From Rhodothermales bacterium (GTDB taxonomy: Bacteria > Bacteroidota > Rhodothermia > Rhodothermales > Bin80), in NCBI GenBank assembly GCA_012267425.1, contig JAAXGO010000059.1, positions 6,711-30,710 on the forward strand: DNA of 24,000 bases. The letters are read 5' to 3'. Of the stretch, positions 1 through 10,080 are shown one piece after another. The position numbers and the translations under genes were made by a program. The first letter of the stretch is position 1, and every line of letters begins with the position of its first letter. Below the pieces are notes generated by a model, which saw nothing but the letters and a program-made list of their open reading frames with translations, had not been told where the DNA came from and did not search any database.

Positions 1-657
1 ACCGGCATCCTCCTCGCCAGCGCCATTCTGGCAACGGTGGGACTGTATCTGTTCAGCCTTGCCGAAACAACGGCCATGGCGTTTGTCACCGCCGCCGTCT
101 GGGCTGTCGGAATCGCTTACTTCTGGCCCACGATGCTGGGCTTCGTCTCTGAACGAAACCCCAAAAGCGGCGCACTCGGACTTGGTGTCATGGGGGCCAT
201 CGGGATGCTGGCGTCGTTCTTGGTCACGCCGTGGCTCGGTAGCATAGCCGACAGAGAGGGTCACGAAATGATTCCGGAAGCCGCAACTGTCGCTTTATTT
301 CAGAATGTCGTCGCCGATTACCCGGCGATTGCCGCCGGTGCAGGTATGCAGGCCGATGACATAACGGACGTCATCACCACCACCCAAACGGTACTCGACT
401 CGTACGAGGCCGACGGTGCGCTGCCGGAAGGTGCGACGGCAAAAGCGCTGCAGGGCATAATGAAATTGGGTGTAGACCCAACCACTGTCGCGGAGGCGGG
501 AGAAATTCTGCACCCCGCGGACAATTTCGGTGGTCGCAAGTCCTTCCAAATGCTCGCACCCATCGGCATCATCCTCATCCTTGTCTTCGGATTCCTCTTC
601 TACCAGGATCGCAGACGGGGCGGCTACAAAGCGGAGAAGCTGACTCCGGTTCACTAA
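1..657 (+). CDS. Membrane transporter, C-terminal part (MFS-like), 5'-truncated by window edge
   Basis: Frame 1 is open from base 1 (TGILLASAILATVGLY...) to TAA at 655-657. It has several hydrophobic TM-like segments (AFVTAAVWAVGIAYFWPTMLGF; GALGLGVMGAIGMLASFLV; APIGIILILVFGFLFY) separated by a soluble acidic insert. The family assignment is only by general resemblance. Confidence 0.5.
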   Translation, partial: TGILLASAILATVGLYLFSLAETTAMAFVTAAVWAVGIAYFWPTMLGFVSERNPKSGALGLGVMGAIGMLASFLVTPWLGSIADREGHEMIPEAATVALFQNVVADYPAIAAGAGMQADDITDVITTTQTVLDSYEADGALPEGATAKALQGIMKLGVDPTTVAEAGEILHPADNFGGRKSFQMLAPIGIILILVFGFLFYQDRRRGGYKAEKLTPVH

Positions 658-3587
658 CATCCGACAGCCGCGTCGCGCAGCACCTCCGCCGGGTGAAGCG
701 CGACGCGTCCTGTGCCGTGCCGAATCTGGTGGCGGCAGCTGATGCCCGCCGCGACAATGAGCGTATCGTCGTCTTCCTCGCGAACGGCGGGCAGGAGGCG
801 ACGTTCGGCCATCCGCATTGAAATGTCGTAGTGCTCGGCCTCGTACCCAAACGAGCCAGCCATGCCACAGCACCCCGAATCAACCTCGCTCACCTCGTAA
901 TTGCCAGGTAGCCCCAGAATACGGTGACTCGGTGCAGACCCGACGAGCGCTTTCTGGTGGCAATGCCCGTGAAGAAGGACGCGACGGGACGCGGCGGTGA
1001 ACCGAACGTCGAATTCCCCTTTTTCGGCCAGGCTATCAATGAATTCCTCGAACGTGACAGCAGCGTTTGCAACCGTTTGGACTCGTTCGTCTCCAGGTAG
1101 CAAATAAAGGTACTCGTCGCGCAGCGACAAGAGGCAGCTGGGCTCCAACCCCACGATCGTAAGTCCCGCTTTGGCCAAAGGAAACAACGTGTCAACCGTT
1201 GCACGGGCCGCCGCGCGAGCGTCATCAACAAGGCCCTTCGATATCATCGGACGCCCGCAGCATCCGTGATTCGACGCCGTGACCTCGAAGCCCGCCGCCT
1301 CCAGAACGTCGGTGGCCGCAACGGCGACGTGTGGCTCGTTATAGGTAGTGAACGTGTCCGTGAACAGCACCACCCTGCGCGAGAACTCCCCGATCTTTGC
1401 GCGCTCTCGCAGCCATGTCGTGAACGGCGTTCGGGCGAACGCGGGAAGCGTGCGGTTCCGGCTGATACCGACCGTTTTTTCGAGCACGCGCCGGACAATA
1501 CCCATCCGCAGAAGACCGTTGACCGGTGCCGCCACGGGCCCACTCGCCATACGGCACGTCCGCGCGATCCCCCCGAACATACGGTCGCGAATCGACGGAC
1601 CGTGTACGGCATGGTACTGTGCCAGGAACTCGAACTTGATCTTAGCAATGTCAACCGACGACGGGCACTCCGCCTTGCACGCCTTGCACTCGACGCAAAG
1701 GTCCATCACGTCGTGCATCCGCCGACTCGTGAGCTCTTCCTTCGGGAGCCTCCCCGACAGCGCTGCGCGCAGTGCATTCGCACGGCCCCGCGTCGAGTGC
1801 TCTTCCTCCCGCGTAACCATGTAGCTCGGGCACATCGTCCCGACGGTCTCCTTGCGGCAGATACCCGCACCGTTGCACATCTCGACGGCGCGGTGGAACC
1901 CCATTTCCTCAGTGAAATCGAGATTAACTTCAAGCGGAATGACGTCGTAGTCAGCACCAAACCGAAGGTTGCAGTCCATCGGACCCGCATCGACAACGTT
2001 GCCCGGATTGAGGATGTTCTTCGGGTCGAAGGCGCGCTTGACCTCCTGGTAAAGACGGTACAGGTCCTTGCCGAAGAAGCGTTCATTGATCCAGCTTCGT
2101 GCCCGCCCGTCTCCGTGTTCGCTTGACAATGCTCCGCCGTATCCGCGGAGAAGCTCTACGGTGAACGACGTGATTTCTGGGAGCTTGGCAATTTCCTCGG
2201 CCGCCTTCGTATTGATCAGTGGGCGGATGTGTACGCACCCTGCACTGGCATGGGCGTAATAAGCGACGCGTGTCCCGAGTCCGCTGCAGAATCGGTCGAT
2301 CTCCGCCACGTACGAAGCCAAATGCTCCGTGGGGACCGCCGCATCTTCGATGAACGGTATCGGCTTGTGGTCACCCTTGATGCTCATGAGGAGACCGAGA
2401 CCGACCTTGCGCACTGTCCACACGTCTTCCTGACGTTGCGGGTCTAGAACCGGCAAGACTGCAGTCGCGCCGGCCCCTTGCCTCGTAACGTGGTCCCGAA
2501 GGCTGTCGATTTTCGTCGAGAGTTCAGCTCGGTCTTTGCCATAGAACTCCGTAATCAGAATGCAGTCTGGCTTGCCGTCGATGAACTGCTCGAGCAATCT
2601 GGCATATTCTGGAACGCCCCGGCACAGTGTTAGTCCGAGATTATCCAAGAGCTCAATGGCCGACGGGTCCGTTTCCAATATGACGGGAACCGCCGTGAGT
2701 GCCGCCGCCATAGAATCGAACTGCACGATGGCCAGAGCCTTCGCGTCGGGCACCTCCACAAGATCCAACGTTACGTCCTTGATGACCGCGAGCGTTCCCT
2801 CCGCACCACAGACGAGACGCGCCAGGTTGAAGCGATGGTCTGCCTCCACCTGGAAGTTCACGCCACCGCCCACGAAACGGTCCAGATTATAACCGCCACA
2901 TCGCCGCCAATGTCTCGGCGTGCCCGCGCGGATCACAGAGCGATTCGCCTCCATTCTCGTCAGGGTCGCCATGCGGCTGTAGATCTCCCCTTCAAGGCCG
3001 CTTCGCCCACAGCGCTCTGTGACGCCGCCGTCTTCGAGTGCCTCAAACGTAGCCGCGGATCCGTCAGCGAGCAGCACGCGCATTGACCGCACGTAGTCGG
3101 CGGTCATCCCATACCGGATCGAGTGGCTGCCCGTTGAATTGTTTGACACGATGCCGCCCATGGCGGCACGATTGCTGCTTGCTGGATCGGGTCCGAACTG
3201 GAGACCGTATGGGCGCAAGTGCAGGTTGAGTTGGTCCAATACTACACCCGGCTGCACGCGGACCCACTTTTCCTCGCGGTTGACCTCTAGAATCCGGTTG
3301 AGGTGCCGCGTAAAATCGATCACCAGCGATTCTCCAACAGCCTGCCCGGCCAGGCTGCTGCCTCCGGTCCGCGGAAGCAGCGTGACGGCATATTGTGCCG
3401 CCAGTTCGACGGCGGCATCTATCTCATCAGGCACTTTAGGCAAAAAGACCCCGTGCGGCTTCACCTGGTAAATGCTCGCATCCGTGCTGTAGAGCAAACG
3501 ACTGTACTCGTCCGTGCGCACGTCGCCGGACGTGCGGCGGCGAAGCTGCTCAAGAAAGTCTGCCAATGCGGTGAGTGGGGAGGCCAT
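654..3587 (-). CDS. Fused FAD-linked oxidase / 4Fe-4S / CCG-domain oxidoreductase (GlcD-GlcF fusion, E. coli YdiJ-type architecture)
   Basis: ~977-aa ORF. The N-terminal half resembles FAD_binding_4/FAD-oxidase_C (LPRTGGSSLAGQAVG, HASAGCVHIRPL, SSEHGDGRARS). It is followed by two Cys clusters (CNGAGICRK...MCPSY; CVECKACKAECPSS) and two CCG motifs (HGCCGRP; SGCCGMAG). The track start at 3590 is TTG, and the ATG one codon in (3587) is more likely. It lies 12 nt downstream of the preceding gene on the same strand. Confidence 0.85.
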   Translation of the reverse strand: MASPLTALADFLEQLRRRTSGDVRTDEYSRLLYSTDASIYQVKPHGVFLPKVPDEIDAAVELAAQYAVTLLPRTGGSSLAGQAVGESLVIDFTRHLNRILEVNREEKWVRVQPGVVLDQLNLHLRPYGLQFGPDPASSNRAAMGGIVSNNSTGSHSIRYGMTADYVRSMRVLLADGSAATFEALEDGGVTERCGRSGLEGEIYSRMATLTRMEANRSVIRAGTPRHWRRCGGYNLDRFVGGGVNFQVEADHRFNLARLVCGAEGTLAVIKDVTLDLVEVPDAKALAIVQFDSMAAALTAVPVILETDPSAIELLDNLGLTLCRGVPEYARLLEQFIDGKPDCILITEFYGKDRAELSTKIDSLRDHVTRQGAGATAVLPVLDPQRQEDVWTVRKVGLGLLMSIKGDHKPIPFIEDAAVPTEHLASYVAEIDRFCSGLGTRVAYYAHASAGCVHIRPLINTKAAEEIAKLPEITSFTVELLRGYGGALSSEHGDGRARSWINERFFGKDLYRLYQEVKRAFDPKNILNPGNVVDAGPMDCNLRFGADYDVIPLEVNLDFTEEMGFHRAVEMCNGAGICRKETVGTMCPSYMVTREEEHSTRGRANALRAALSGRLPKEELTSRRMHDVMDLCVECKACKAECPSSVDIAKIKFEFLAQYHAVHGPSIRDRMFGGIARTCRMASGPVAAPVNGLLRMGIVRRVLEKTVGISRNRTLPAFARTPFTTWLRERAKIGEFSRRVVLFTDTFTTYNEPHVAVAATDVLEAAGFEVTASNHGCCGRPMISKGLVDDARAAARATVDTLFPLAKAGLTIVGLEPSCLLSLRDEYLYLLPGDERVQTVANAAVTFEEFIDSLAEKGEFDVRFTAASRRVLLHGHCHQKALVGSAPSHRILGLPGNYEVSEVDSGCCGMAGSFGYEAEHYDISMRMAERRLLPAVREEDDDTLIVAAGISCRHQIRHGTGRVALHPAEVLRDAAVGC

Positions 3588-3599
3588 CAACGTGCGGTG

Positions 3600-4865
3600 T
3601 TACCCCGTGTATATGATGCGCCAGATGCGCCCGCTGCGTGAATCGGCCACGTAGAGCGACCCGTCGGGACCAACTGCCAGGCCCGTTGGGCGCGCACGGG
3701 CCATACTCGACGTTTTTACAGAGTCGGGGCCCGCAAAGCCGTCGGCAAACGATTCATGCTCGCCGATCGGCGTTTCTCCGTCCATCGGCAGGAACGTGAC
3801 TTGGTATCCTTTCTGCACCGGCTCGCGATTCCACGATCCGTGGAACGCAACGAATGCCCCGCCCCTGTAACGGGCAGGAAACTGATCGGCCAGATAGAAC
3901 ACCATATCATTCGGCGCCCAGTGGGCCGGGAATCCGTAAATCGGAACACCAATGCCTTCGCAACGACCTGTGGTCACTCCGTCACCACCGTATTCGGGAT
4001 TGAGCAGCTTTTGTCCCTTGAAATGATCCCAGTAGCAGTAGGGCCACCCAAAGTCAGACCCATCCTCGACGACAAAGAGCTCCTCAGCTGGCAACTCGTT
4101 GTTCTGCTCTTCGGTAAAACGGTCCTGCCACAACCGATGAAGGTCGTCGCGCCCGTGCTGGACGACAAAGAGCTTGCCGACTTCCGGATGCCAGGCATTG
4201 GCCACACCATTGCGGATGCCAGAGGCAAAGCGATACCCGTCGTCCATCATCGTCTGGCCCGTCCGGTCCGCGTCAAAGCTCCAGACTCCCGCGTAGTCTC
4301 CCAACAAAGGACATGGGTCCTGCCCCACCACGCCCGGCGTCCGAGACGGGTCCTGACAGGCGTTCGAGGGAGCGCCGACGTTCACGTACATGCTGCCCGC
4401 ATCATCAAATTCGAACGGCTTCAGAGCGTGACTTCGCTGGCGCGCAAAGCCCGACACCACAGTCTCTGCTTCACCCGTCGGCAAAAGCTCACCCGCAGCC
4501 ATCGGATAGCGGACAATCAGCGTATCGGTCGCGACATAGAGATAGTCGCCCCGCAGGTGGATACCGCCACCACCGGCATCGCCGATCCAAACGGTAACGT
4601 CGGCCACGCCGTCTCCCGTCGTGTCGCGGAGTGCGGCGATTCCGCCTTCTTCGCTCGGTGTACGGAGAACCACGAACAGATCGCCGTTGTCACGGATGGC
4701 CATATGGCGCGCCCGCCCAAGCGTGTCAATCACAACCACTGCGCAGAAGCCGTCGGGAAGCACGAGGCCGTCGTTGTTGTCGGCGCACGCAAGCTGCGCC
4801 ACCTCGTACGGTGGGCTACAGGCCGCGATAAACAGAACAAGAAAGACGGTCGGAAGCCGTTTCAT
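3600..4865 (-). CDS. Glucose/sorbosone dehydrogenase-like (PQQ-dependent-type beta-propeller) lipoprotein
   Basis: 421-aa ORF with a lipoprotein signal (MKRLPTVFLVLFIAAC|S). DFGWPYCYWD and repeated GxxxG/DG beta-propeller-like stretches are typical of the GSDH/sorbosone dehydrogenase family. It appears co-directional and co-transcribed with the oxidoreductase downstream. Confidence 0.75.
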   Translation of the reverse strand: MKRLPTVFLVLFIAACSPPYEVAQLACADNNDGLVLPDGFCAVVVIDTLGRARHMAIRDNGDLFVVLRTPSEEGGIAALRDTTGDGVADVTVWIGDAGGGGIHLRGDYLYVATDTLIVRYPMAAGELLPTGEAETVVSGFARQRSHALKPFEFDDAGSMYVNVGAPSNACQDPSRTPGVVGQDPCPLLGDYAGVWSFDADRTGQTMMDDGYRFASGIRNGVANAWHPEVGKLFVVQHGRDDLHRLWQDRFTEEQNNELPAEELFVVEDGSDFGWPYCYWDHFKGQKLLNPEYGGDGVTTGRCEGIGVPIYGFPAHWAPNDMVFYLADQFPARYRGGAFVAFHGSWNREPVQKGYQVTFLPMDGETPIGEHESFADGFAGPDSVKTSSMARARPTGLAVGPDGSLYVADSRSGRIWRIIYTG

Positions 4866-4937
4866 CGGTCAAGCCGGTTCATATCGGAGAACGGAACAAA
4901 AGGTAGCATCCACTTCTGCCGGTCACAAAATCCAGCC

Positions 4938-6497
4938 TCAGCCACCAAAGAGCTCTCCGGGACGCTCTGGGCGTACCACACCGAAGTGACTCCATGACCG
5001 CGCGGTCGCCACACGACCACGGGGGGTACGCTCCAGATAGCCCTCCTGTATCAGATAGGGCTCATAGACTTCTTCGATCGTCCCTGCATCTTCGCCCACG
5101 GACACAGCGAGGTTGACAAGTCCCGTCGGGCCGCCGCCGAATTTCTCGATTAGCGTAAGCAGAATACGAGCGTCCATGTCGTCGAGACCTTCCTCGTCCA
5201 CGTCCAGTGCCGCGAGCGCGTAATCGGCGACCTCTAACGTGATACGCCCGTCACCTCTCACGTCGGCAAAATCTCGTGCTCGACGCAGAAGGCGATTCGC
5301 TATCCGGGGCGTGCCACGGCTACGGCGGGCAATTTCGTGGGCTGCTTCGCCGTCAATGGCCACTCCCAGTATGCGGGCACTGCGCAGGACGATGGCCTTG
5401 AGCTGATCTGCTGTATAGTAGTCGTACCGTAAATCAATACCAAAGCGTGCCCGCAGGGGGGCTGTCAGCAGACCTTTTCGAGTCGTCGCTCCGACGAGAG
5501 TGAACGGTGGGAGCAACAGCTTCACACTACGGGCATTGGGACCCGAATCGATCATGATGTCGATGTGGTAGTCCTCCATGGCACTGTAGAGGTACTCCTC
5601 AACCACCGGGCTCAAGCGATGGATTTCGTCGATGAACAGGACGTCCGATGCCTGTAGATTGGTAAGGACACCAGCGATTGATGCCGGTTTGTCGAGAACT
5701 GGACCACTCGTCGTCCTGATCGCCGCTCCCATTTCCTCGGCGATGATATGTCCTAGGGTCGTGTTGTGGCTGAAAAACCCATTTGCCACAAAAGAATGCG
5801 TCCCGGGTACCACAAAATCATACGTCTCGGCATCGGAGGCAGCAAGCTCCGCGACGGCGTCCCACCTGATCCATTCGTTGCAGCCAACGTGGGCTGAATC
5901 CTCGCGTGGGATCGACCGGACATGGGAGCCACCATGCGGCCACACGCCTGCTCCCGCCAACGCGCATTGCCGTTTTGGCTGCACGTCCGTGCCGGCGAAA
6001 GTCGCTATCGTGTCACCGGTCGTGAGCTGTCCGAGTTGCGCCCACCTGAGTCCATCGGGCGCGGCTGCCAGGATGGGATGATGCGGCGTGCCTTCAATAT
6101 CCAGACCGCCCTCCGTTCGCAATCGGACCGTCGGCCCGCGACCACTGGCATAGACGTGGGATGTGTGCTCCGGACCGTGGGTACCAAAGACCGCTGTGGC
6201 AAGAGGTCTGAACTCGCCTGCGCGGAGATCCCTCGGAAGAATGTGGGCGAACGGAACCCAGTTGCCGCAACTCAAGATGAGACTGTCTGCCGTAATACAC
6301 TTGCCTAGGCCCGGTGGACCTGAGAGGATAACGTGATCCAGCGTCTCCGACCGGCCGAGTGCCGCCGCTATAAAGACGCGCAAATTGTCTTTGATTCTCT
6401 GCTGCCCTACGAATTCGTCGAGCGTGCGCGGACGCAGCAGCTTTTCCATGTCCGCTTCACGCTGGATTCCGGAGATCGCGCCGGGTCGTTGATCCAT
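4938..6497 (-). CDS. ruvB: Holliday junction branch migration ATPase RuvB, interrupted by an in-frame mini-intein
   Basis: 519-aa ORF. The N-terminus is [46 protein letters not shown]. After a 179-aa insert it continues [12 protein letters not shown]...[11 protein letters not shown]...TLVGATTR...[13 protein letters not shown]...[18 protein letters not shown], all canonical RuvB blocks. The mature length after excision would be 340 aa. An alternative start is M17 (6449). Confidence 0.93.
   Translation of the reverse strand: MDQRPGAISGIQREADMEKLLRPRTLDEFVGQQRIKDNLRVFIAAALGRSETLDHVILSGPPGLGKCITADSLILSCGNWVPFAHILPRDLRAGEFRPLATAVFGTHGPEHTSHVYASGRGPTVRLRTEGGLDIEGTPHHPILAAAPDGLRWAQLGQLTTGDTIATFAGTDVQPKRQCALAGAGVWPHGGSHVRSIPREDSAHVGCNEWIRWDAVAELAASDAETYDFVVPGTHSFVANGFFSHNTTLGHIIAEEMGAAIRTTSGPVLDKPASIAGVLTNLQASDVLFIDEIHRLSPVVEEYLYSAMEDYHIDIMIDSGPNARSVKLLLPPFTLVGATTRKGLLTAPLRARFGIDLRYDYYTADQLKAIVLRSARILGVAIDGEAAHEIARRSRGTPRIANRLLRRARDFADVRGDGRITLEVADYALAALDVDEEGLDDMDARILLTLIEKFGGGPTGLVNLAVSVGEDAGTIEEVYEPYLIQEGYLERTPRGRVATARSWSHFGVVRPERPGELFGG
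5763..6299 (-). mobile_element. Class-1 mini-intein (179 aa, no homing-endonuclease domain) inserted in the RuvB P-loop between GK and T
   Basis: I checked the codons by hand. AAG(K66) is at 6300-6302 and TGT(C67) at 6297-6299, so the intein begins [10 protein letters not shown] (block A). [10 protein letters not shown] provides the TxxH of block B. The intein ends [19 protein letters not shown], with Asn245 at 5763-5765, followed by ACG (Thr, +1 nucleophile). I see no LAGLIDADG or HNH motif in the middle. Confidence 0.85.
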
Positions 6498-6597
6498 GAC
6501 AGCACTATGTCGGAGGATAGAGGCCTACAAACATTCTCACCCGATTTACGTTCGGTACAGTATAATCAAACACGGCTTTCGGGTACGGGTGGAACCA

Positions 6598-8061
6598 ATG
6601 TTGCACCTCGGACAACACCTCAAGCAACAGCTAAAGATTTCGCCACAGCAGATACAGTACATTCAATTACTGCAGCTTCCGACTCTGGAACTCGAACAGC
6701 GCATCCAGTCTGAACTCGAATCTAATCCGCTTCTTGAAGAAGGCACTTTTGCGGAAGAAGTGATTGTGGCGACCGAACCGCCGGGCGAAGACGCCTCCAC
6801 GAGTCAGGACGAGTACGACTGGGCCGAGCTTTTGGCTGGAGGCGACGACCTCTCCGGATACAAGGTGAAGGAGGATCGGAGCAGCACCGAGTACCAGCTG
6901 CGCGAATTGCCGATGGCCGCGCGCCCCAGCCTCGTCGAACATCTAAGAGCTCAGCAGGCCTTCCTCAAGCTGGATCCGTTGGAAATGCTCGTTGCGGACC
7001 AGATCATCGGATCGGTCGACGAAGACGGCTACATGAGGCGGCCTGTAGCGTCCATCGTCGACGACATAGCCTTCAATCACGGGCAGACGCTCACCGAAGA
7101 GGACGTCGAAAGAGTTCTGCGGCACATCCAGACGCTCGAGCCCGTCGGCATCGCGGCCCGCAACCTTCGGGAATGCCTTATCGTGCAGCTCGAGGTTCTG
7201 CCCGATGACACTCCTGGACGTGCGACTGCTATAGGCATTCTCGAAAAAACATTTGACGCCTTCGCGAACAGGCACTTCGGGCGAATTAAGAAAAAGTTGC
7301 ACATCGACGACGAAGCTCTCAAGGCGGCGAACGACCTCATTCTGCGCCTTGACCCCAAACCCGGTGAAGGGGCATTTACGGCGGAGCAGAACTATATCAC
7401 ACCTGACCTCAGCGTGCGCCGGGACGGCGAGGATTTTCTGTTTCAGCTCAATGGACGCAATGCCCCCGAGCTGCGTATCTCCCGTCCATACCGTGCGCTG
7501 CTCCAACAACTCGCAGACGAAAAGCAGACCTCAGACGGGCAGCGAAGTCCGGTCGACAAAGGCACCCGAAAATTCCTCCGCGAGAGGTACGATTCGGCGC
7601 AGTGGTTCATCAAATCCATCCACCAGCGGCGGCTCACCATGATGAAGGTGATGAAAGCCATCGTGGACCTGCAGGGGGATTTTTTTCGCTTCGGCGAAGG
7701 TCATTTACGCCCCATGATCCTCAAGAATGTGGCAGAGCGCATCGGCATGGACATCTCGACCGTCAGCCGGGTCGTCAGTGGCAAATACGTCCAGTGTGAT
7801 TTCGGGGTCTATGAATTGAAGTATTTCTTTTCAGAAGGTCTGGCCACCGAGGATGGGGGCAGCATCTCGAACAAGGAGGTCAAAGCGATCATCGAATCGA
7901 TCATTGACGATGAAGATAAGTCCCGTCCACTGTCCGACGAGGCGATCGCTGCCTTGCTCACAAGGCGGGGTTTTAAAATCGCCCGCCGCACAGTTAGCAA
8001 ATACCGTACGCAACTCAACATCCCAGTAGGTCGGTTGCGTAAACAGATCGTGCTGAGCTAG
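6598..8061 (+). CDS. rpoN: RNA polymerase sigma-54 factor
   Basis: The N-terminus MLHLGQHLKQQLKISPQQIQYIQLLQLPTLELEQRIQSELESNPLLEE is the Gln/Leu-rich region I. It is followed by an acidic region II and a C-terminal HTH plus RpoN box (ARRTVSKYRTQLNIP). The track ORF begins at 6496, but that extension overlaps the ruvB start codon and is not sigma-54-like. I therefore chose the ATG at 6598. Confidence 0.92.
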   Translation: MLHLGQHLKQQLKISPQQIQYIQLLQLPTLELEQRIQSELESNPLLEEGTFAEEVIVATEPPGEDASTSQDEYDWAELLAGGDDLSGYKVKEDRSSTEYQLRELPMAARPSLVEHLRAQQAFLKLDPLEMLVADQIIGSVDEDGYMRRPVASIVDDIAFNHGQTLTEEDVERVLRHIQTLEPVGIAARNLRECLIVQLEVLPDDTPGRATAIGILEKTFDAFANRHFGRIKKKLHIDDEALKAANDLILRLDPKPGEGAFTAEQNYITPDLSVRRDGEDFLFQLNGRNAPELRISRPYRALLQQLADEKQTSDGQRSPVDKGTRKFLRERYDSAQWFIKSIHQRRLTMMKVMKAIVDLQGDFFRFGEGHLRPMILKNVAERIGMDISTVSRVVSGKYVQCDFGVYELKYFFSEGLATEDGGSISNKEVKAIIESIIDDEDKSRPLSDEAIAALLTRRGFKIARRTVSKYRTQLNIPVGRLRKQIVLS

Positions 8062-8121
8062 TAAGTCCGCCTGCATTGTGACGCATATCTTATGTAACCC
8101 CGAAACCCCTTCCAAACGATC

Positions 8122-9654
8122 ATGAAAGTGCTTCCGAACCGTTTGAGGCACGCGGTGAGCCGTGCGAATGATATGTCGCTCGAGCGGTGGTTCGAGCCGT
8201 TTCGAAGGGATATCCTCGGGCACGATCAGCGGTTCGACACGCCGTACGGCAAACGACGCATCGTGTATGCCGACTGGACCGCAAGCGGGCGGCTCTATGG
8301 TCCGATCGAGAAGGCAATGCGCTTCGATGTCGGTCCGTTCGTCGGCAATACTCATACGGAAACGAGCGTCACCGGAACATCCATGACGAAGGCGTACCAC
8401 TACGCCCGCAAGTGTATCCGGGACCACGTCAACGCCGCGCCGGACGACATCCTGATCACGGCCTGTTCAGGGATGACGCGTGTCATCAGCAAGCTACAAC
8501 GCATCCTCGGACTGCGCATTCCAGAGCGTGCGCCAATGGCATCGAAGCTTGAGGCGGCAGAACGTCCCGTCGTCTTCGTCACGCACATGGAACACCACTC
8601 CAACCATACGTCCTGGTTGGAGACGATAGCGGACGTGGAGTGGCTTCCACCCGACGACAATGGCCTTGTAGATCCCGGCAACCTGGAAGCGGCGTTGGAA
8701 GAGTATGCGGACCGTTCACTCAAGATCGGCGCATTCACCGCCTGCAGCAACGTCACGGGAATCACGACGCCATACTATGATCTCTCACGCCTCATGCATC
8801 GCCACGGCGGATGGTGTTTCGTGGACTTTGCGGCGTCGGGCCCGTACGTAGATATCAACATGCATCCGGAGGACCCGGAGGCCCGACTCGATGCCGTCTA
8901 TTTTTCGCCGCACAAATTTCTCGGTGGCCCAGGCTCTGCCGCCGTCTTGATCTTTACGTCCGCTCTCTACGAAAACACCGTGCCCGACGTGCCAGGCGGT
9001 GGCACCGTCAAATGGACGAATCCCTGGGGTGAGCACTCCTACATTAACGACATCGAAGGGCGGGAAGACGGCGGCACGCCGGCGTTTCTGCAGACAATCC
9101 GAACGGCGCTTGCCATTCGGCTCAAGGAAGCGATGGGAACCGCCAACATCCTGGCGCGCGAGCGCGAATTGCTCGAGCGCGCGCTGCCGGCCCTCCGGCG
9201 CATCAACGGGATTCGCGTGCTGGCGGAAGACGATGCCGAGCGGCTCGGGATCATCTCGTTCTGCATCGACGGAATGCACTACAACCTCGCTGTTCGGCTT
9301 CTCAACGACCGGTTCGGCATTCAGGTGCGCGGAGGCTGTTCGTGTGCGGGCACGTATGGCCACTACCTCCTCGAATTGACGTACGCCAATTCGCAGCACA
9401 TGTGCGAATTGATCGAGCGAGGCGACCAGTCTGAACGTCCGGGCTGGGTGCGCCTGTCGCTACACCCAACCATGTCCGACGCGGATCTGGGATACCTACT
9501 CGAGTCCATTGCCGCCGTCGCGGAGCACGGCACCGAGTGGGGCAAGGACTACATTTACGACCGCTGCACGAATGAATTCTCGCACCGGACGTATCTCGAA
9601 ACAATTGAAACGGACGTGCAGCACTGGTTCGACATGCCTGTCGGCACTGTCTGA
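8122..9654 (+). CDS. Class-V aminotransferase-fold PLP-dependent enzyme (cysteine desulfurase-like family)
   Basis: 510-aa ORF with YADWTASGRLY, GNTHTETSVTG, FTACSNVTG, and SPHKFLGGPG, which contains the putative PLP lysine. The ATG at 8173 (MSLERWFEPF...) is a plausible alternative and more conserved-looking start. Confidence 0.8.
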   Translation: MKVLPNRLRHAVSRANDMSLERWFEPFRRDILGHDQRFDTPYGKRRIVYADWTASGRLYGPIEKAMRFDVGPFVGNTHTETSVTGTSMTKAYHYARKCIRDHVNAAPDDILITACSGMTRVISKLQRILGLRIPERAPMASKLEAAERPVVFVTHMEHHSNHTSWLETIADVEWLPPDDNGLVDPGNLEAALEEYADRSLKIGAFTACSNVTGITTPYYDLSRLMHRHGGWCFVDFAASGPYVDINMHPEDPEARLDAVYFSPHKFLGGPGSAAVLIFTSALYENTVPDVPGGGTVKWTNPWGEHSYINDIEGREDGGTPAFLQTIRTALAIRLKEAMGTANILARERELLERALPALRRINGIRVLAEDDAERLGIISFCIDGMHYNLAVRLLNDRFGIQVRGGCSCAGTYGHYLLELTYANSQHMCELIERGDQSERPGWVRLSLHPTMSDADLGYLLESIAAVAEHGTEWGKDYIYDRCTNEFSHRTYLETIETDVQHWFDMPVGTV

Positions 9655-9819
9655 CTCAGTGGTCGGCGTTTAGAGGATCTCTTGCTGGTTTAGGGGTAAT
9701 AATTCGTCCCCTCGGTCCACAAAACGATTTTTCGTGCTTTCCACGGCCTGCCGGTTCCGCTTTGGCGTGGTTTTTGGTGTATTACCGTGTAATTGCCTAC
9801 AATTTACGGGAGGCTCAAA

Positions 9820-10080
9820 ATGGAACCTATTCGGACGCGCAACGCTCCGATGCGCTCTCTCTTCACCCGGTACGTCCAGGGCCAGATTGACGAGCCCGTC
9901 TGGGGCAAAATCATGCAGGCTCTTGACGATCAGGAAATCCATGCGTCCGAGCGCTTGGCGCTCGCGGCGTACGTCAACGATGCTGTACAGGACCGCGCAT
10001 TGCCAGCCATTACGATACTAGACACCCTCGGGGACCTTGTCACTCAGCCATCAGTTGCCTTCGCCGACATGAGGAACTGA
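9820..10080 (+). CDS. Small acidic hypothetical protein (86 aa)
   Basis: The in-frame ATG at 9820 is preceded by GGGAGG about 6 nt upstream. Third-position GC looks coding-like and the sequence looks helical (ERLALAAYVNDAVQDRALPAI). I recognise no family. Its 3' end overlaps the convergent membrane-protein gene by 30 nt. Confidence 0.45.
   Translation: MEPIRTRNAPMRSLFTRYVQGQIDEPVWGKIMQALDDQEIHASERLALAAYVNDAVQDRALPAITILDTLGDLVTQPSVAFADMRN

Noticed and set aside
3756-4997. 413-aa + strand ORF, and many similar long ORFs (e.g. 1266-2126, 10289-11008, 11907-12512, 14665-15354, 17711-18337)
   Set aside because: They lie antisense or out of frame to genes with clear family signatures. Their translations are Arg/Pro/Ser-rich and low-complexity, which is typical of stop-poor alternative frames in GC-rich DNA.
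5763-6299. Homing endonuclease inside the RuvB intein
   Set aside because: The region between blocks B and F is only about 80 aa and has no LAGLIDADG, HNH or GIY-YIG motif. I interpret it as a mini-intein.
6561-6566. Perfect TATAAT hexamer 32 nt upstream of the rpoN start
   Set aside because: No acceptable -35 (TTGACA-like) lies at 16-18 nt spacing. If the organism is Bacteroidota-like, its primary sigma recognises a different motif. I did not call it as a promoter.
6496-6597. N-terminal 34-codon extension of rpoN given by the ORF track
   Set aside because: It overlaps the ruvB start codon on the other strand. The extension ([21 protein letters not shown]...) does not look like sigma-54, whereas the ATG at 6598 gives the canonical MLxxxQxLKQQLKxSPQ region I start.
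9670-9942. 90-aa minus-strand ORF in the spacer after the class-V PLP enzyme
   Set aside because: It has a poor coding look and no start context, and it overlaps the more plausible + strand small ORF (9820-10080) and its upstream region.
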